43,473 nt of DNA, from positions 1 through 43,473 of the forward strand of contig JAUCBJ010005598.1 in assembly GCA_032718475.1 (NCBI GenBank). The letters are read 5' to 3'. Source of the DNA: Nemertoderma westbladi. Lineage: Eukaryota; Animalia; Xenacoelomorpha. The notes beneath the pieces are model-generated. The model saw only the letters and a program-made list of their open reading frames with translations. It searched no databases and was not told the DNA's origin. The position numbers were made by a program, and so were the translations under genes. Shown here piece by piece: positions 12,212 through 24,762 of the stretch (position 1 is its first letter; the number at the start of each line of letters is the position of its first letter).

Positions 12212-12639
12212 GTTTAATTACGTTTAGATCAATTAAAGACACATTTATTAAAGCAAATCACTTAAACTAATTAAAAACTATAATAGAATGGCGTATGGGG
12301 ATTATATCTGTATAATTTTTAAGTATAATTATTTAAATCTTATACTGTAAAACAATTAATTTCCTTTAAAAGGCAGGTTGAAAATGGCGTTTTCACCGCA
12401 ATCAACTTAATTAACTAATTAACTGCTATTATCTTAGCTTCTCGAAGGCCACACGGAAATTCTACTTGGAAAATTTCTAAACTTTTGCCAAACAACATGT
12501 GTACCAAGTTTGGATAGATTTCATCAAAGATTGGCCGAGTTATTAACGTTTAAAATTGAACACGACAGAACGACAGAACGACAGGTTGATTAATGGTACC
12601 ACTACGCTAAGGCTCACTCACTTCGTGGCTCGCCCCACA
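12212..12639 (-). mobile_element. Helentron-associated (HINE/DINE-1-like) non-autonomous element, copy A
   Basis: Reverse complement aligns over ~430 bp with 13756-14190. Head GTGGGGCGAGCCACGAAGT..., short GTCTGTC-type microsatellite and CTTGGTACACATG core. Confidence 0.65.
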
Positions 12640-13755
12640 TTGTGGAACATTTTCTGGAATGTATCCAGTATCCTTGTAACTAGTGCCTGACTGCCTGGTT
12701 ATATCAGTATATCATGCATCATGGGCTAGTTGGTGCTGTTTCTGATTTAAGGAATACGTTATTTAAATATTTGCCCCAGAATTCTTTACTAAATAATACC
12801 GATAACTTCCATGGCGAAAAAGAATCCACGTCAGCGGAGCAACAAATGGGCGAATGTTTGATAAATTGGAAGAAGTGGCAGAGTGGTTCAGGACCTCCGC
12901 AGCTTGTAGGCTACAGCAATTGAGAACCATGGAAATAAACTGTCAACCAAGTTTGGAAAACTTGAATCAATTGGACGTTCGCGGTTTCAGTTGACAGTCA
13001 GACAGTAGAGAACTTTTTAAGTAATGAATATATAAATAAAATAGAAATAAACAGATAAATAAGAAGAATTAAATAAATTGAAAGAAATATATAAATAAAA
13101 AAAATTCTCATTTTTTCCATTTCTGAACAAAAACATAAGCCATACCGGTACAGCCATAGGCTGATAGGCCTATCCCAATCCCATATCCAGATATCCGCAT
13201 GCATATCACATATACTGCAGTACTGCTGTACTGATATAGCTGTATGTATACCGTAAGTATAGTGATATAGATAGGCTGATGCTGACTGTCTGATAGGCCT
13301 ACCAGCCTACTGCCACTGCGCTAATGGTTCTGGAACTGGCACTTGTCTGGCTGTCTGGTACCGGCAGGCGGCAGACCGGTACAGCGGGTACGTTACAGTA
13401 CAGCAGTAGTACTGTAGTAGGCCTACATAGCTGCATAGTAAGTCTACTACCAGTCCGCATTCAGCCAGTCTGCCAGTTGCCAGTGGTTCTGTAGTTCGTG
13501 GTCCAAAACCCAGCAACCATCTGAAACTGGACAGCTGGACACTGCAGCACTGGAAACAGTAACTCAACCTACCAACTGACCGGTCCGGCAGTGCGGTCTG
13601 CCTACCTAGTGCGGTAGGCCTACCACTACTGCACTACTGACAATGACAACTGCACTACTGCAATCTGCAGAGTCAGGCAGTGGCAATGACTCGAATGAGA
13701 GAATGATGTGGCTCTGTGACTCATTGGTCAGTTGGTAGGCCTATTACGCTGTACG

Positions 13756-14375
13756 TGGGGCGAGCCACGAAAGTAAGCGAGCTTAGCATACGGGTACCAC
13801 TAACTCAATCGGTGTCTGTCGTTCTATTGTGTTCAATTTTAAACGTTAATAACTCAGCCAAATCTCGATAAAATCTATCCATGCTTGGTACACATGTAGT
13901 CTGCAAAAGTTTAGAAATTTCCCAAGTTGAATTTGTGTTTAGCCTTCGAGAAGCTAAGATAATATCAGTTAATTAATTAAATTGAAATTAATTAAGTTGG
14001 TTAGGGTAAAAACAGCATTTACAACATGACTTTTATTGGAAATTAATTATTTTATAAAATAAGATATAAATAATTATACTTAAAAATTACACAGCTGTAA
14101 TCCCCATACCCCATTCCATTATAGTTTTTAATTAGTTCAAGTGATTTGCTTTAAGAAATGTGTTTTTAATTCATCTAAACGTAATTAAGTTATCAAAATG
14201 CCCTAGTCACTCTATACTTCCCTCATTCATTGGCATGCTTGCTATTGCCTATAGTTTGGGAACCAGTCCAATCATCTCACCACTCTACTTGGCAACGGGT
14301 AATTACATCTATAGGACATAGGCAGGCACTACTAGTGTAAGGTGCCATACCAATAAGCCAGCTTGCTTATTATTT
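13756..14375 (+). mobile_element. Helentron-associated non-autonomous element, copy B (inverted relative to copy A)
   Basis: Same family as 12212-12639. The right end is approximate, near the hairpin GGCAC TACTAGTGTAAG GTGCC at ~14325-14346. Confidence 0.6.
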
Positions 14376-14851
14376 ATCGCGCAAAATGATTGCCTGAGTA
14401 TTTCATCCTGATTCTTTAGAATAATTAGTTAAATAATTTCTTTGAGGTGTTGACATGATGAATTCATATTTTAGTATCAATGCTCTCGGCTTAAGGTAAG
14501 TTTTAATAATTTTTACAAATTGGGTCGCCTCTACGCCTAAAATTTAAAACTCAAATTTCCTGTTAATACAGACAGGCCTTACATTAAACCTCTGTGCGCC
14601 TTTGGGTTGGGGTTGTGCAGTCCGGCAGTCGTGCAGATTAAGAGGGGGTTAAAGGGGGAACTTTTCTCTCTTCTTTGATTTATTCTTAAATTTCTTACAT
14701 GCCGATTTTGGGATGGAATTTCTCAATTTTAATATGTATCTGATAACTGAGCCTCGTGCTGCGCGGAGGCCCCACGAACGTGTAAGACTGTCCTGTCATA
14801 ACATCATATGATATCAAGAAATCAGTGAAGAAAACCACGCCGACGGTACTT

Positions 14852-15785
14852 GTTATTATTATTATTATTATTATTGTAAACACGGGTAAGAAAGTACAGT
14901 AAATATTATGTCAATGATCAAAAATTATCTAAAAATATCTAAAAACAATGAAATAAAATGAAGTAAAAATATAAACCGTACACCCCTATAAGAAGAGTTA
15001 AAATTAGTACATATTTAGTTCTAAGACGTCAGTTAAAATCCTATGTAGGTAGTGGTCCACCATGTCGGATAAAATTTATCATTGTCATTCAAGTGTGATT
15101 GTTGAGTCGTGATTTGAATGAATTAACATTCGGGGCGGATACAACGTAATCCAGGAAGAGAATTCCAGGGAATGAAAAGGTCCATTGCGCATTTTTAGAC
15201 AGGCTTCACAAGACTTAAACAGCTTGAGTGAATGACCAAGTCCTTGTGATGTCGACATCTGGAACAATGACTGCCATTCAACGGCATCAACCCCAGTCAA
15301 AATTCGATAGACTTGTAGGAGATCGGATCTTTGTCTACGGTATTCAAGTGTTGGTAATCCCAGATATTTTAGGCGTTCCGGGTATGGTTTATTTCTCAGT
15401 TTCTCAGACCAACCTAGCGTTGCTCGACGTTGAACCGACTCCAACAAGCGAATACACTCCACACAGGTGAGGCATACTCAAGAATTGGCCTTACGATAGA
15501 TTTATATAGAATAAACGTTTGTGCATCAAAATGATTAAAACTTCTGTACATTATGCCAAGAACCGTGTTATTGTGGCAATGTAACCGTGGCAATGTACAA
15601 AGAGTAACTCAAGTCACTATGAACAATAACTCCGAGATCATTTGTGTGCGATGCCTCCTTGATGACAGATTTGCCCAACGTGTAAAGTGAATCTCGGGTT
15701 ATTTGCACCAATATGAATAGATTTACATTTATCTAAATTAAACAATAGATTCCACGTTGAGCTCCATTTGCTTAATGTAGAACAA
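14852..15785 (-). mobile_element. 5'-truncated, frameshifted CR1-clade LINE with (AAT)n tail
   Basis: Minus-strand translation: LSKWSSTWNLLFNLDKCKSIHIG..., DLGVIVHSDLS, LESVQRRAT..PYPERLKYLGLPTLEYRRQRSDLLQVYRILTG, GHSLKLFK. (TTA)n on plus at 14852-14875. Confidence 0.9.
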
Positions 15786-15819
15786 AGGGTAATGCATTTG
15801 TGACTGAATCATGTCCACA

Positions 15820-16237
15820 AAGTTTACCACAACAGTAAGGCACCGAGATACCTAGCTGAAAAATTTACCACAACAGTAAGTCACCGAGATACCTAGCTGA
15901 AAAATTTACCACAACAGTAAGGCACCGAGATACCTAGCTGAAAAATTTACCACAACAGTAAGTCACCGAGATACCTAGCTGAAAAATTTACCACAACAGT
16001 AAGGCACCGAGATACCTAGCTGAAAAATTTACCACAACAGTAAGTCACCGAGATACCTAGCTGAAAAATTTACCACAACAGTAAGGCACCGAGATACCTA
16101 GCTGAAAAATTTACCACAACAGTAAGTCACCGAGATACCTAGCTGAAATATTTACCACAACAGTAAGTCACCGAGATACCTAGCTGAAAAGTTTACCACA
16201 ACAGTAAGTCACCGAGATACCTAGCTGAAAAATTTAC
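15820..16237. repeat. 42-bp minisatellite, ~10 copies
   Basis: AAAATTTACCACAACAGTAAG(G/T)CACCGAGATACCTAGCTGAA-type unit; near-perfect copies. Confidence 0.97.
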
Positions 16238-16284
16238 AAATGTAACGCAAGTTCACCAACACCATACCTAGTGATGTTATTTTA

Positions 16285-16425
16285 TTTTGCCACACTGCTC
16301 TGGGGCTGAGCATGCAACATTTTTCTTTAATGGAATTACGGACTGGAACAAACTACTGAACAATATTAAAAATGAAAAAATTTAACAACTTCCAAAATGG
16401 CTGTAAGGAACCACCTAATTGCGAA
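16285..16425 (+). mobile_element. LINE ORF2 C-terminal fragment
   Basis: LPHCSGAEHATFFFNGITDWNKLLNNIK...KMAVRNHL matches the FF..G...WN.LP..IK terminal LINE motif. Confidence 0.55.
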
Positions 16426-16736
16426 ACCCCAACATCTAATGGGTAGTCCTTTTTTTAATATATCGATAATTCTAAATACAGTTTCTAGTTAATAATTAAT
16501 TTTAGCATTTACAATATAATATAACTTAGGTGCGTAACTATAATATATTGTATATGCAACATGTTCTACTGTATTTGTCTGTAAATTGTATGTACCATAA
16601 AGAACCACAGGGCTTAGAGGGCTATCCTGTATTTGTACAACTACAGGTTACAATACATTTGTTATACTTTCATTTTGTAATTTGTATTCTGCTCAATGAC
16701 TAAAGCTTCAGTAGTCCTTGATTCTGTTATACCATA

Positions 16737-17661
16737 TCTTCTCTATAAAATAATGAACGTCTGTGTGTTTGTTTATCACCTAAAGGCTTTCAAGCGGTAA
16801 CAGTTAATAATAATCTGTAACTGCATTTGTTTATTGCGTAATCCTGGGAGTAATCTGGTCAAAAAAAATTTAATCTCCGGAAAGTTTAGCAAACGTAGAA
16901 ATCTGATTGGCTGTTGTTATCTCCAATAATGCCGAAGCCAATAATTATCCATTGCTGGCTATAAGAATAAAAGATAAGATATGTCATGATCAGTTCGCAA
17001 CAGACACCCCACCCCAACCATTGGATTTAGTGAGACTCACTCAACAGTCAACACACCAAACGAACCAGCCTGATTGCTACCTCAGCAGCTCAGCTAGCTG
17101 GAGTTAAGACTTCCCCATTCACTAACATTGGGGGAGGTTTAAGCCTGCATGGGGGAATATTTCATATATTATACACTATTTAATAAATTTATAATTTAAT
17201 AAATAACCATACATCTTTATATTAAACACTCGAATAAAATACAAACCTTGTGGGAATGGGACACAGCGAATCGACCTATGACATTTTTATACAGCCTGAA
17301 TTTAATTCCCCCCCCCCCCCCCCCCCCCTTTAAATAATTAATAACCGAAATAAGAACCCAAGTAATCGATAACTTAATCGTTAATCGATAATTTGTACTG
17401 ATAATTATTTGTGTATTTGTTTAGTTAATTTTCATTATTATTATTAATATAAAATGTAGTAATCGATATATTTCTTTGTATAGTTGACCACCAAATACTG
17501 CTTTGCTGTTTATTTGCTTAATGTTCATCAGAACATTAGAATACAGTGAAACTCAGCTACAAACTCTTTTCACCTGCTTTTATAAACCACTAAGATACGG
17601 AGATAGGCCCACAATAGTATTCTGGTTACCCGCAGGACAGGGCGGGTATTCGACTACGAGT
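16737..17661 (+). mobile_element. Non-autonomous Helitron-like element
   Basis: A|TC start followed by TATAAAATAATGAACGTCTGTGTGTTTGTTT. 3' hairpin TACCCGC-AGGACAGG-GCGGGTA followed by a degenerate CTA..GT end. That both ends belong to one element is inferred. Confidence 0.5.
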
Positions 17662-17759
17662 AAGTGAAATCGTCAATGTAATGTATAGATACTGTACGTG
17701 GGTAGATACGTACGCACATACGTTGAAAAGTAAAACCCTGACTACCTGACTAGATGAGA

Positions 17760-17838
17760 AGGGTTTGTAACGTCCAACCATATACAGTAGAGAAACACAC
17801 GGAGAGAAGCACACCGGGAGAAGTGTGACGCTGATTGG
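17760..17838 (+). repeat. DNA-transposon terminus, inverted copy at 31318-31399
   Basis: AGGGTTTGTAACGTCCAACCATAT...GAGAA.CACACGGAGAGAAGCACACCGGGAGAAGTG...CGCTGATTGG matches the reverse complement of 31318-31399. Confidence 0.8.
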
Positions 17839-18372
17839 CTGGAACTTTATGGTGCTGTCAGGAAATTAGTACACGCTTATATAGTACTAGCAGGCAATAC
17901 CGGAGACATGTTACCCGGTATTTCCCGCTACCGGCATAGGCCTACAGGCGTACTGGTACCGGTAAGGCCTACTGACGTACCGGTACTACCGGTACCGAAC
18001 GTAAATTAATAGATAATATTTAGAATTGATTTTATGACAGTATGGAATGAGAAAACAGCAGTAGCTAGTAGGAGCCGGCCGAAGAGCTACTAAAACGCAG
18101 AGGCATAAAGGCCTCGACCCTGGAAGATAAAACAATGAAATTACAGTCATTTATACACATAAAATGGTTAGGGTAGTTGGAGTAAACTGTCTGTGAGATA
18201 ATTTCCTTACACTTTTCAGGAAAATCCCTCTTTTATTAGTTTTTGTTTGTGAGTGTAATTTATCGAAAATAAAGGGGATATAATCACAGGGTTTGTTAAT
18301 AAATGATTGTGCATCATGTTAATATACAGATACACAATACGATAATATTTTACATTTATACTCGATTGATAC

Positions 18373-18631
18373 CCGGTGAACCCACACTCCGGTGAACCCA
18401 CACTCCGGTGAACCCACACTCCGGTGAACCCACACTCCGGTGAACCCACACTCCGGTGAACCCGCACTCCGGTGAACCCACACTCCGGTGAACCCGCACT
18501 CCGGTGAACCCACACTCCGGTAAACCCACTCTCCGGGGAACCCACACTCCGGTGAACGCTGCACTCCGGTGAACCCACACTCCGGTGAACCCTCACTCCG
18601 GTTAACCCACACTCTGGTGCTGCTAAACACC
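18373..18631. repeat. 16-bp tandem array (CCGGTGAACCCACACT, ~15 copies) ending in a probable foldback/MULE terminus
   Basis: Array seen directly. It terminates ...CTGGTGCTGCTAAACACC, the same layout (G-starting end plus subterminal array) as the 23775-31097 element. No partner TIR found. Confidence 0.9.
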
Positions 18632-18664
18632 AAAATGGCAAAAAATCTCAAATAATACTCACAA

Positions 18665-20367
18665 CCCAGTTAAACATGAGTATGTGTTTCATATATGGTT
18701 GCCATAAATAATTCGACATGTGATACATATATGTAAATGTTACAGTGTTGTCAAATGTGATCCATATGTGGAATGTTCACATGTGATACACATATGTTTT
18801 TTATGTGACAAGTGCGACAAAAAGAGTAAAAATTTAAACTGAGACCGACCAATCACTGGTGTGGGTCTGCATTTCCTATAGAGAGGTGGGGCGGGGGGGG
18901 GGGGGGGGTAGCCTACCTCAGTACCATTATCCTATCCAATCCCTACACCCTATCCTACGGCCCTACACCTACCCTATACATTTAGAGAAGGAAGCATCGG
19001 AGTATATATGACAATATTTAATCCATAGTGATATGAGAGTATCCTTAGTAGATTTTGGTGATGATCCGTAAATTCGTATTCTATTAGTTAGATTTAATTA
19101 AGTTATCTAATTTCCAGCTATAATAGATTATTCATTTTGATAAATCTTCGAAAATTAATTAATTCTAAGATCATATAAATGCTCATATGATATTTTATAT
19201 CTAATTTTAAGACATCTTTTCCCTACAACATATATATACCACATATGAAACATATGTTCAATTTTTTAACGGGATAAGAACTGCAATAGGCCTGCCTACC
19301 TTACGGATGGTATAGTGCAAGTATGTTATCTGTCCATGTCTGTACCGTACCCCTTACTGATACTTAGCAGCGCAGATGACAATGCACAACCACAACCTGA
19401 CAAGTGAAAACCACCATACAGTCATACATATGTTTGTCTAATTCTGTTAATACAGCACTGTACAGTGCAAATGCACAGCACAATGTGCATAGTGCAAGGC
19501 AGAAAGCAGGCAAGTCACACACTGCATCACTGAACAATTGAGTGGACTATGATAAGCGGTAGGCTTATGCAACGCATTATGCTGTTATGGGTAAAATATA
19601 AAATAATTTGCGATTCACTAGCTAAACTGCAAGCGACACGACGTGGTTAAGAAGAAAGATTGCAGGATCAGACTATGAAATGCCTATCATTTGAAGAATG
19701 TGTCCCACCACCAGCCCTCCAATGCAATAAACAAAACAATTGGACGATCGACTATGTTTACTTCAATTTAGTGTCCATACAGCCTTCACAGATCATTCAA
19801 ACCTTATAGCAGGCCTATGTATTGATTATACATTATATGGTTAAATAGCCGGTACTTTGAAAATACAGTATAACAAAAAATATAGATTCAACGTATTATA
19901 CTGCTGATTAAAACGATATTTGTTCTTAATGCAAAAAGCTGAGTAGTGACATCAACAAATTCCGCATCCCCCCTCGTTATTCTTTTCTGTACATGTATTA
20001 CTGTAAGGCCTGTATTACCATAAGGCAAACATGTGTGCAACATATAAAATCCATGAACTGGATTACAAAATTACGAATTGAATAGTTTATAGATTGAAAT
20101 TTAACTTCGGAGTCTTGGCTATGGCTATTTCACATATGCTCGACATATATTATTCACATGCGCATTCTCACACATTTATTTATGATAAATTCATATGTGC
20201 AACATATAAATACCATAAATGGCGATACACACATTCTAAGTGTATGTATCACCGCATGCGTGACATGTATTATTCATACATGAGCATAAAAACCCAATTT
20301 CCAGACACACCTATTCCATACAACATATATATACCACATATGAAACATAAGTTCATGTTTAACTGGG
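18665..20367. mobile_element. Non-autonomous EnSpm/CACTA-like element (CCCAG termini, 2-bp AA TSD)
   Basis: CCCAGTTAAACATGA.T.TG.TTTCATAT.TGG pairs with CCACATATGAAACATAAGTTCATGTTTAACTGGG. AA flanks both ends, and CATATG-like subterminal repeats are present. A related extra right end lies at ~19240-19273. Confidence 0.65.
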
Positions 20368-21089
20368 AATAGATTCCCAAACAAATCAGAAAGATGGAAT
20401 TAGGAGTAAGCCGGAATTAGTTATAAGTGAGTGTTTGTTATTTTTTAAAAACTCATAACGTTCGATAACTTTTCGTACTGCTGGAAGGGCCGGCAGTAAC
20501 GGTATTTCTGCCGTTAAAAATCGTCTATTTCGCAATATTTAGCCACCTCCGTCGGCTTTATTTTTCGTCTTTGGAATGTAATCTAGATATCATTAGAACA
20601 AACAGCCTTCATCTGCAGATTCCGAATGTGAAAATAGTTTTTATTCCAAAATTGTAACATTACTCAACGCCGTTAGTATTAACAGCGAGTTGTTATTTAG
20701 CACTTTACAACTTTTAGAGGACATTACAGCATTGTATTGGCCTGTACATTTAGTATTGTATTTGGTGTTATTCCCCATTAAAAACTGTTTAAAATAACAA
20801 TACAATGGTGGGCTATGTAAAAAAATATCCGAATTCGCCCTAGGGAAAATAACCAGTTATTAATCCTATCCCGCTTTTGGTAGCTTAGTTACATCCAATC
20901 AATTTGAATATAATAATAAAATATAAAATATTCGCATATTAATAGGTTCCATCCTCTAGCTACCATGGTTACAATTCACAACCACTTTGATTATAACTTA
21001 AGACATCGACAGTAATGTACAGAGGCGCTTGCATACGTGGGAAGATGTATATTAAATCTGGAACTGATTTTAAAGATTGAGACCTGATA

Positions 21090-21920
21090 ATATGAGGAGA
21101 GTTCTAGAAATTCACATTTGTTGCAATTCCTTCAATGATCAAATGTCCCTTTGATATTCAAGCAACTAAATTTTACGGTAGCTATGTTTTAGGTAAGCAT
21201 AGCTATGATTTTCGACACTGGTTCCGTTCTCCTACTTTCCCGTAAAAAAATTGTTATCGTAGCACTTGTTAATTTTTAAATATAATTTCAATTTATTATA
21301 CTAGTTCCTTTTAAAAAATATTATTCTAGAAGGAATACCGTTTTGACTAGAGGTCTGTATAGCACTACATTTTTAAAACTTATATCATTGGCAACGTTGA
21401 AGAGTTGTAGAACAAATGAAAATAATTATATACTATTATAAACCATAAATAAAATAAAATAATATTACGTTCTAGAACGTATAGCTAGTTTATTTTTAAT
21501 TTTAAAATAGTTGGTAAATTAAAAAAAAGTATTTAAATGAATTTCTGAATACATTTAAATGAATATTGAAAATTGTTATATTTCTAACATATACCGGTAG
21601 CTAGTTTTTTTTAATTAAAATACCTAGTAAATCAAAAAATTTATTTTTAAATAAATTTCTGAATAGGCCTACATTTAAATTAATATTGAAAATTACCAAA
21701 GCACCAAACATTAATAAAACAATTTTTATATTTTTTTAAATTACAAGCTAATTAAAAATTGAAAAATAACTAGCTATATGTACTAGAACGTTATATTTTT
21801 AATTTTATTTAAGTTCTAGAATTTGTGTCACTGTATAATATTTATATTTTGTTCTAGAACTCTACAATGTTGCCATGGTAACCATGATTTATGGTATAAA
21901 AATGTAGTGCTATGCGGATA
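21090..21920. mobile_element. AT-rich foldback-type repeat; 21090-21330 is homologous to 39445-39700
   Basis: 21350-21500 is inverted relative to 21755-21920. Internal ~115-bp tandem duplication at 21465-21694. GGAGAGTTCTA.AAATT and TTTCGACACTGGTTCCG are shared with 39448-39590. Confidence 0.6.
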
Positions 21921-22834
21921 CGGAACTGTTACCTTAGTTTTAATATTTTCTACGTCAAGATTCAGTCCCCAAATCTGCAAAACTGTTATAACAAAAGTAC
22001 GTTATTCAAGAAAGATCGAGCGCTAAGGAGACGGGGGGGGGGGGGGGGTGGGGGCGTTGTTGGACGCAAATCCCATCTCGGCGAATTTATATTTCGTCTT
22101 AATGTTAAATTAAAAATTAAGGGAAATGAGCGTTTACAATTGCACTCTTATTCTAACCAAAACAATAAGTTAAAGACAATAGAACAGGTTACAGTTGTAT
22201 TTTTTAGGAGTAATCAGCTGTTATTTGCGTCGATTTTACCCTGGAGCGGTATAAAAGTAAAAAAAGTAAAACTTTTATTCGACCGTTAGGCAAGGGATTA
22301 CGTGCAAAGTCGGGCGACCTATTTACAGTGCGGGCCCCCTCGAACTATACTCCACAGAGGAAAAGCCAGTACCGGTACTCATTTAGCTACCATTTGCAAG
22401 AAAAAATGCGCCCTTTGTTACACCCGCTTTTTATTCCGTCGAAAGTCCCATTATCTGTAGCTGGGAAATAAATCTGAGAAATAGAGCTATAAAATTTACG
22501 CTATTACCTACTATATAAATACATAATTTAATAAATGTATTGATTGCTCTACTGCGCAGAAAGGCCACATATGAAAGCATTAAAAATGACTGAAATAATA
22601 GACATAAAATAAGATTACTGAAATAATGTCTACCATAAGTCATAGTCGTTGAATTAAATCGTATCCATATAGGAAAATAATAGTGATAAAATATATATGC
22701 ATAGTTATTTCCCCCCAAAAATACCAAGCCCCATTTTTAATCAACTCCCCCCAAACAAAACCCTTTTAGAAATGTTTGAAGCCTTAAGAAATAAATTACT
22801 CGTAGGTGAGTGAAGGTAATGGGGAATAACACAC

Positions 22835-22967
22835 TTATTACCCTATTATTGAGTTATTTTCCCGGTTATTTAACCCTTGGGCAGGAACACCCTCGGGCTT
22901 CGCCCTCGGGTTGTTTCCTGCCCGCGGGTTAAATAACCGGGAAAATAACTCAATAATAGGGTAATAA
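22835..22967. repeat. Near-perfect palindrome with branched GC centre (palindromic MITE)
   Basis: 42-bp perfect arms TTATTACCCTATTATTGAGTTATTTTCCCGGTTATTTAACCC, then GGGCAGGAA/TTCCTGCCC, centre CCCTCGGGCTTCGCCCTCGGG. Confidence 0.9.
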
Positions 22968-23377
22968 ATATAGTTATTGTTTACGTGACTACGCATGACG
23001 ACGTTAAAGTAGTGTCCACTAAAGGGGACAACGCCGTCATGTGTTACCACGTAAACAATAGGTGGAAATTTGTCTGACAGCCAGATAGGCCTACTGCATT
23101 ACCTACCGGTAGGCGGGGGTATAGCTATTAATAACCAGTAGGGCCTAGCTATATTACAGTAGGCCTATTATATTAACATGGCTCCAAACGCCGCGATAAA
23201 TAAACTAACTTATTTATAACATAATTTATGTCATTTTTACAATTATTTATACAGGAACTTATATAATTTGTGCAGTTTCTATCACTGTATCACTTATAAT
23301 AATGTATAGCTGTATAGGTACAATCATTTCGTAATGTTAAAATTTTGGAATAAAACTACACCAACTACCTGACTACA

Positions 23378-23510
23378 TGTGTGTAAAGTAGCACATTACA
23401 GTGTTCTGATCCTCGTGGCTTTATTTTCACTCATCCACTAACGTTCGTTCGTGTAACAAAGCCACTCGGATCATCACACTGTAAAGTGCTACTTTCAGAC
23501 TTTACACACA
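23378..23510. repeat. Imperfect palindrome (MITE-like)
   Basis: AAAGTAGCAC.TTACAGTG...TGATCC..GTGGCTTT pairs with AAAGCCAC..GGATCA...CACTGTAA.GTGCTACTTT. Confidence 0.75.
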
Positions 23511-23626
23511 AGTATGTAAATAGTTATAAATAACGCAATAAACAGATAAACGCATACACCATGTCCTGAAATATAGTGTCGTTATTCATGCGTTCGTCAT
23601 TCATTCATTCGTGTCCGCGCTACAAC

Positions 23627-23765
23627 ATAATAATAATAATAATAATAATATTGGCTTATTAAGGTGCCCCCTTCTAACATCTGTCATGCAGAGGGCACCG
23701 TACACACATTAATTGTTCTGCACATATTTAAGTAAAAATACAAAAATTACTTATTTTAAAACACA
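23627..23765 (-). mobile_element. L2-type LINE/SINE 3' end: stem-loop plus (ATT)n tail
   Basis: (AAT)8 on plus followed by a GGTGCCC...GGGCACC stem. Confidence 0.45.
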
Positions 23766-24762
23766 CTAATTACAGGGGACGTCTATTTACACCAAAAACA
23801 CACAAAAACACACAAAAACACACAAAAACTCACAAAAACACACAAAAACACACAAAAACACACCAAAACTCACAAAAACACACAAAAACACACAAAAACA
23901 TACAAAAACACACAAAAACAGACAAAAACATACGGCACATATATGAAATGCCTGCAAAGGTAATTATCATTGCGGTTTGGGTTGTTGTCTGTTTGTCAGT
24001 TTGTATGCCTGTTTGTCTGTATGGATGTAATTAATTGTAATCCAAAACGCAATAGTTATTGCTGAAATACCTATAGGCATAGTCCAGTAGTCTACACTCT
24101 ACAGGTACCTTCAGTCAGTCAGTATAAATTAGATCATTGATGCACTCGATCCTTCGTGGAATCCCCATTATGAACATCACATATATTTCGCCTGGACGGA
24201 TGCATCGCGCTTATTCAATCTAAACATTACTATATGATTGTGATCAGGCAGGCAGGTTATGGTTGATATCAGTTAATGATGCCTTTGATAAATTGCGCAA
24301 AGGGCGATTATTTACTGTAATACAGTAGATAATGTGGTTGCGTTTCTGCCAACATCTCTTTCCAAGCTTGGTGAGAATAACTCTTCCGGGAAGAAAAATA
24401 TACTCGATTTATGACTACCATCATCTGATCATATGTTGACGTCACATTAAATTCTACCTGCGAATCTGAAACTACAGTATTAGCTCAATTCATTCATACT
24501 TTGTCATTATGCACCCTGTGTCTGTATTTCATACTATGTATGCTTAACAGAGGCATACCGAGGGTGGGGGGGGGGGGATTAGAAAATAATTAAATAATTA
24601 AAAAAAAAAGTAATTATTTTATTGGGCCTATTGATGGAATAAAACACTTACAAAACCATTTTATTATTAAATCACCCAGGGCTTGCCACTTGCAACAACA
24701 ATGCTATTATTTACTATATTTACAATTACAAGATCGTTTAAGTAGTTTGGATTTACTGTATT

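Noticed and set aside
15820-16237. 42-bp array as CRISPR
   Set aside because: Units are essentially identical end to end; there are no spacers.
18216-18651. ORFs with repeated SPECGFTGVWVHR
   Set aside because: Product of the 16-bp tandem array.
24180-24470. Possible captured exon inside the MULE (minus strand, SQVEFNVTSTYDQMMVVINRV...)
   Set aside because: Short, interrupted by stops and not recognisable without a database search.
17307-24578. Long poly-C/poly-G runs (e.g. ~17307, ~18893, ~22033, ~24566)
   Set aside because: Simple homopolymers in TE debris with no evidence of function; lengths are error-prone.
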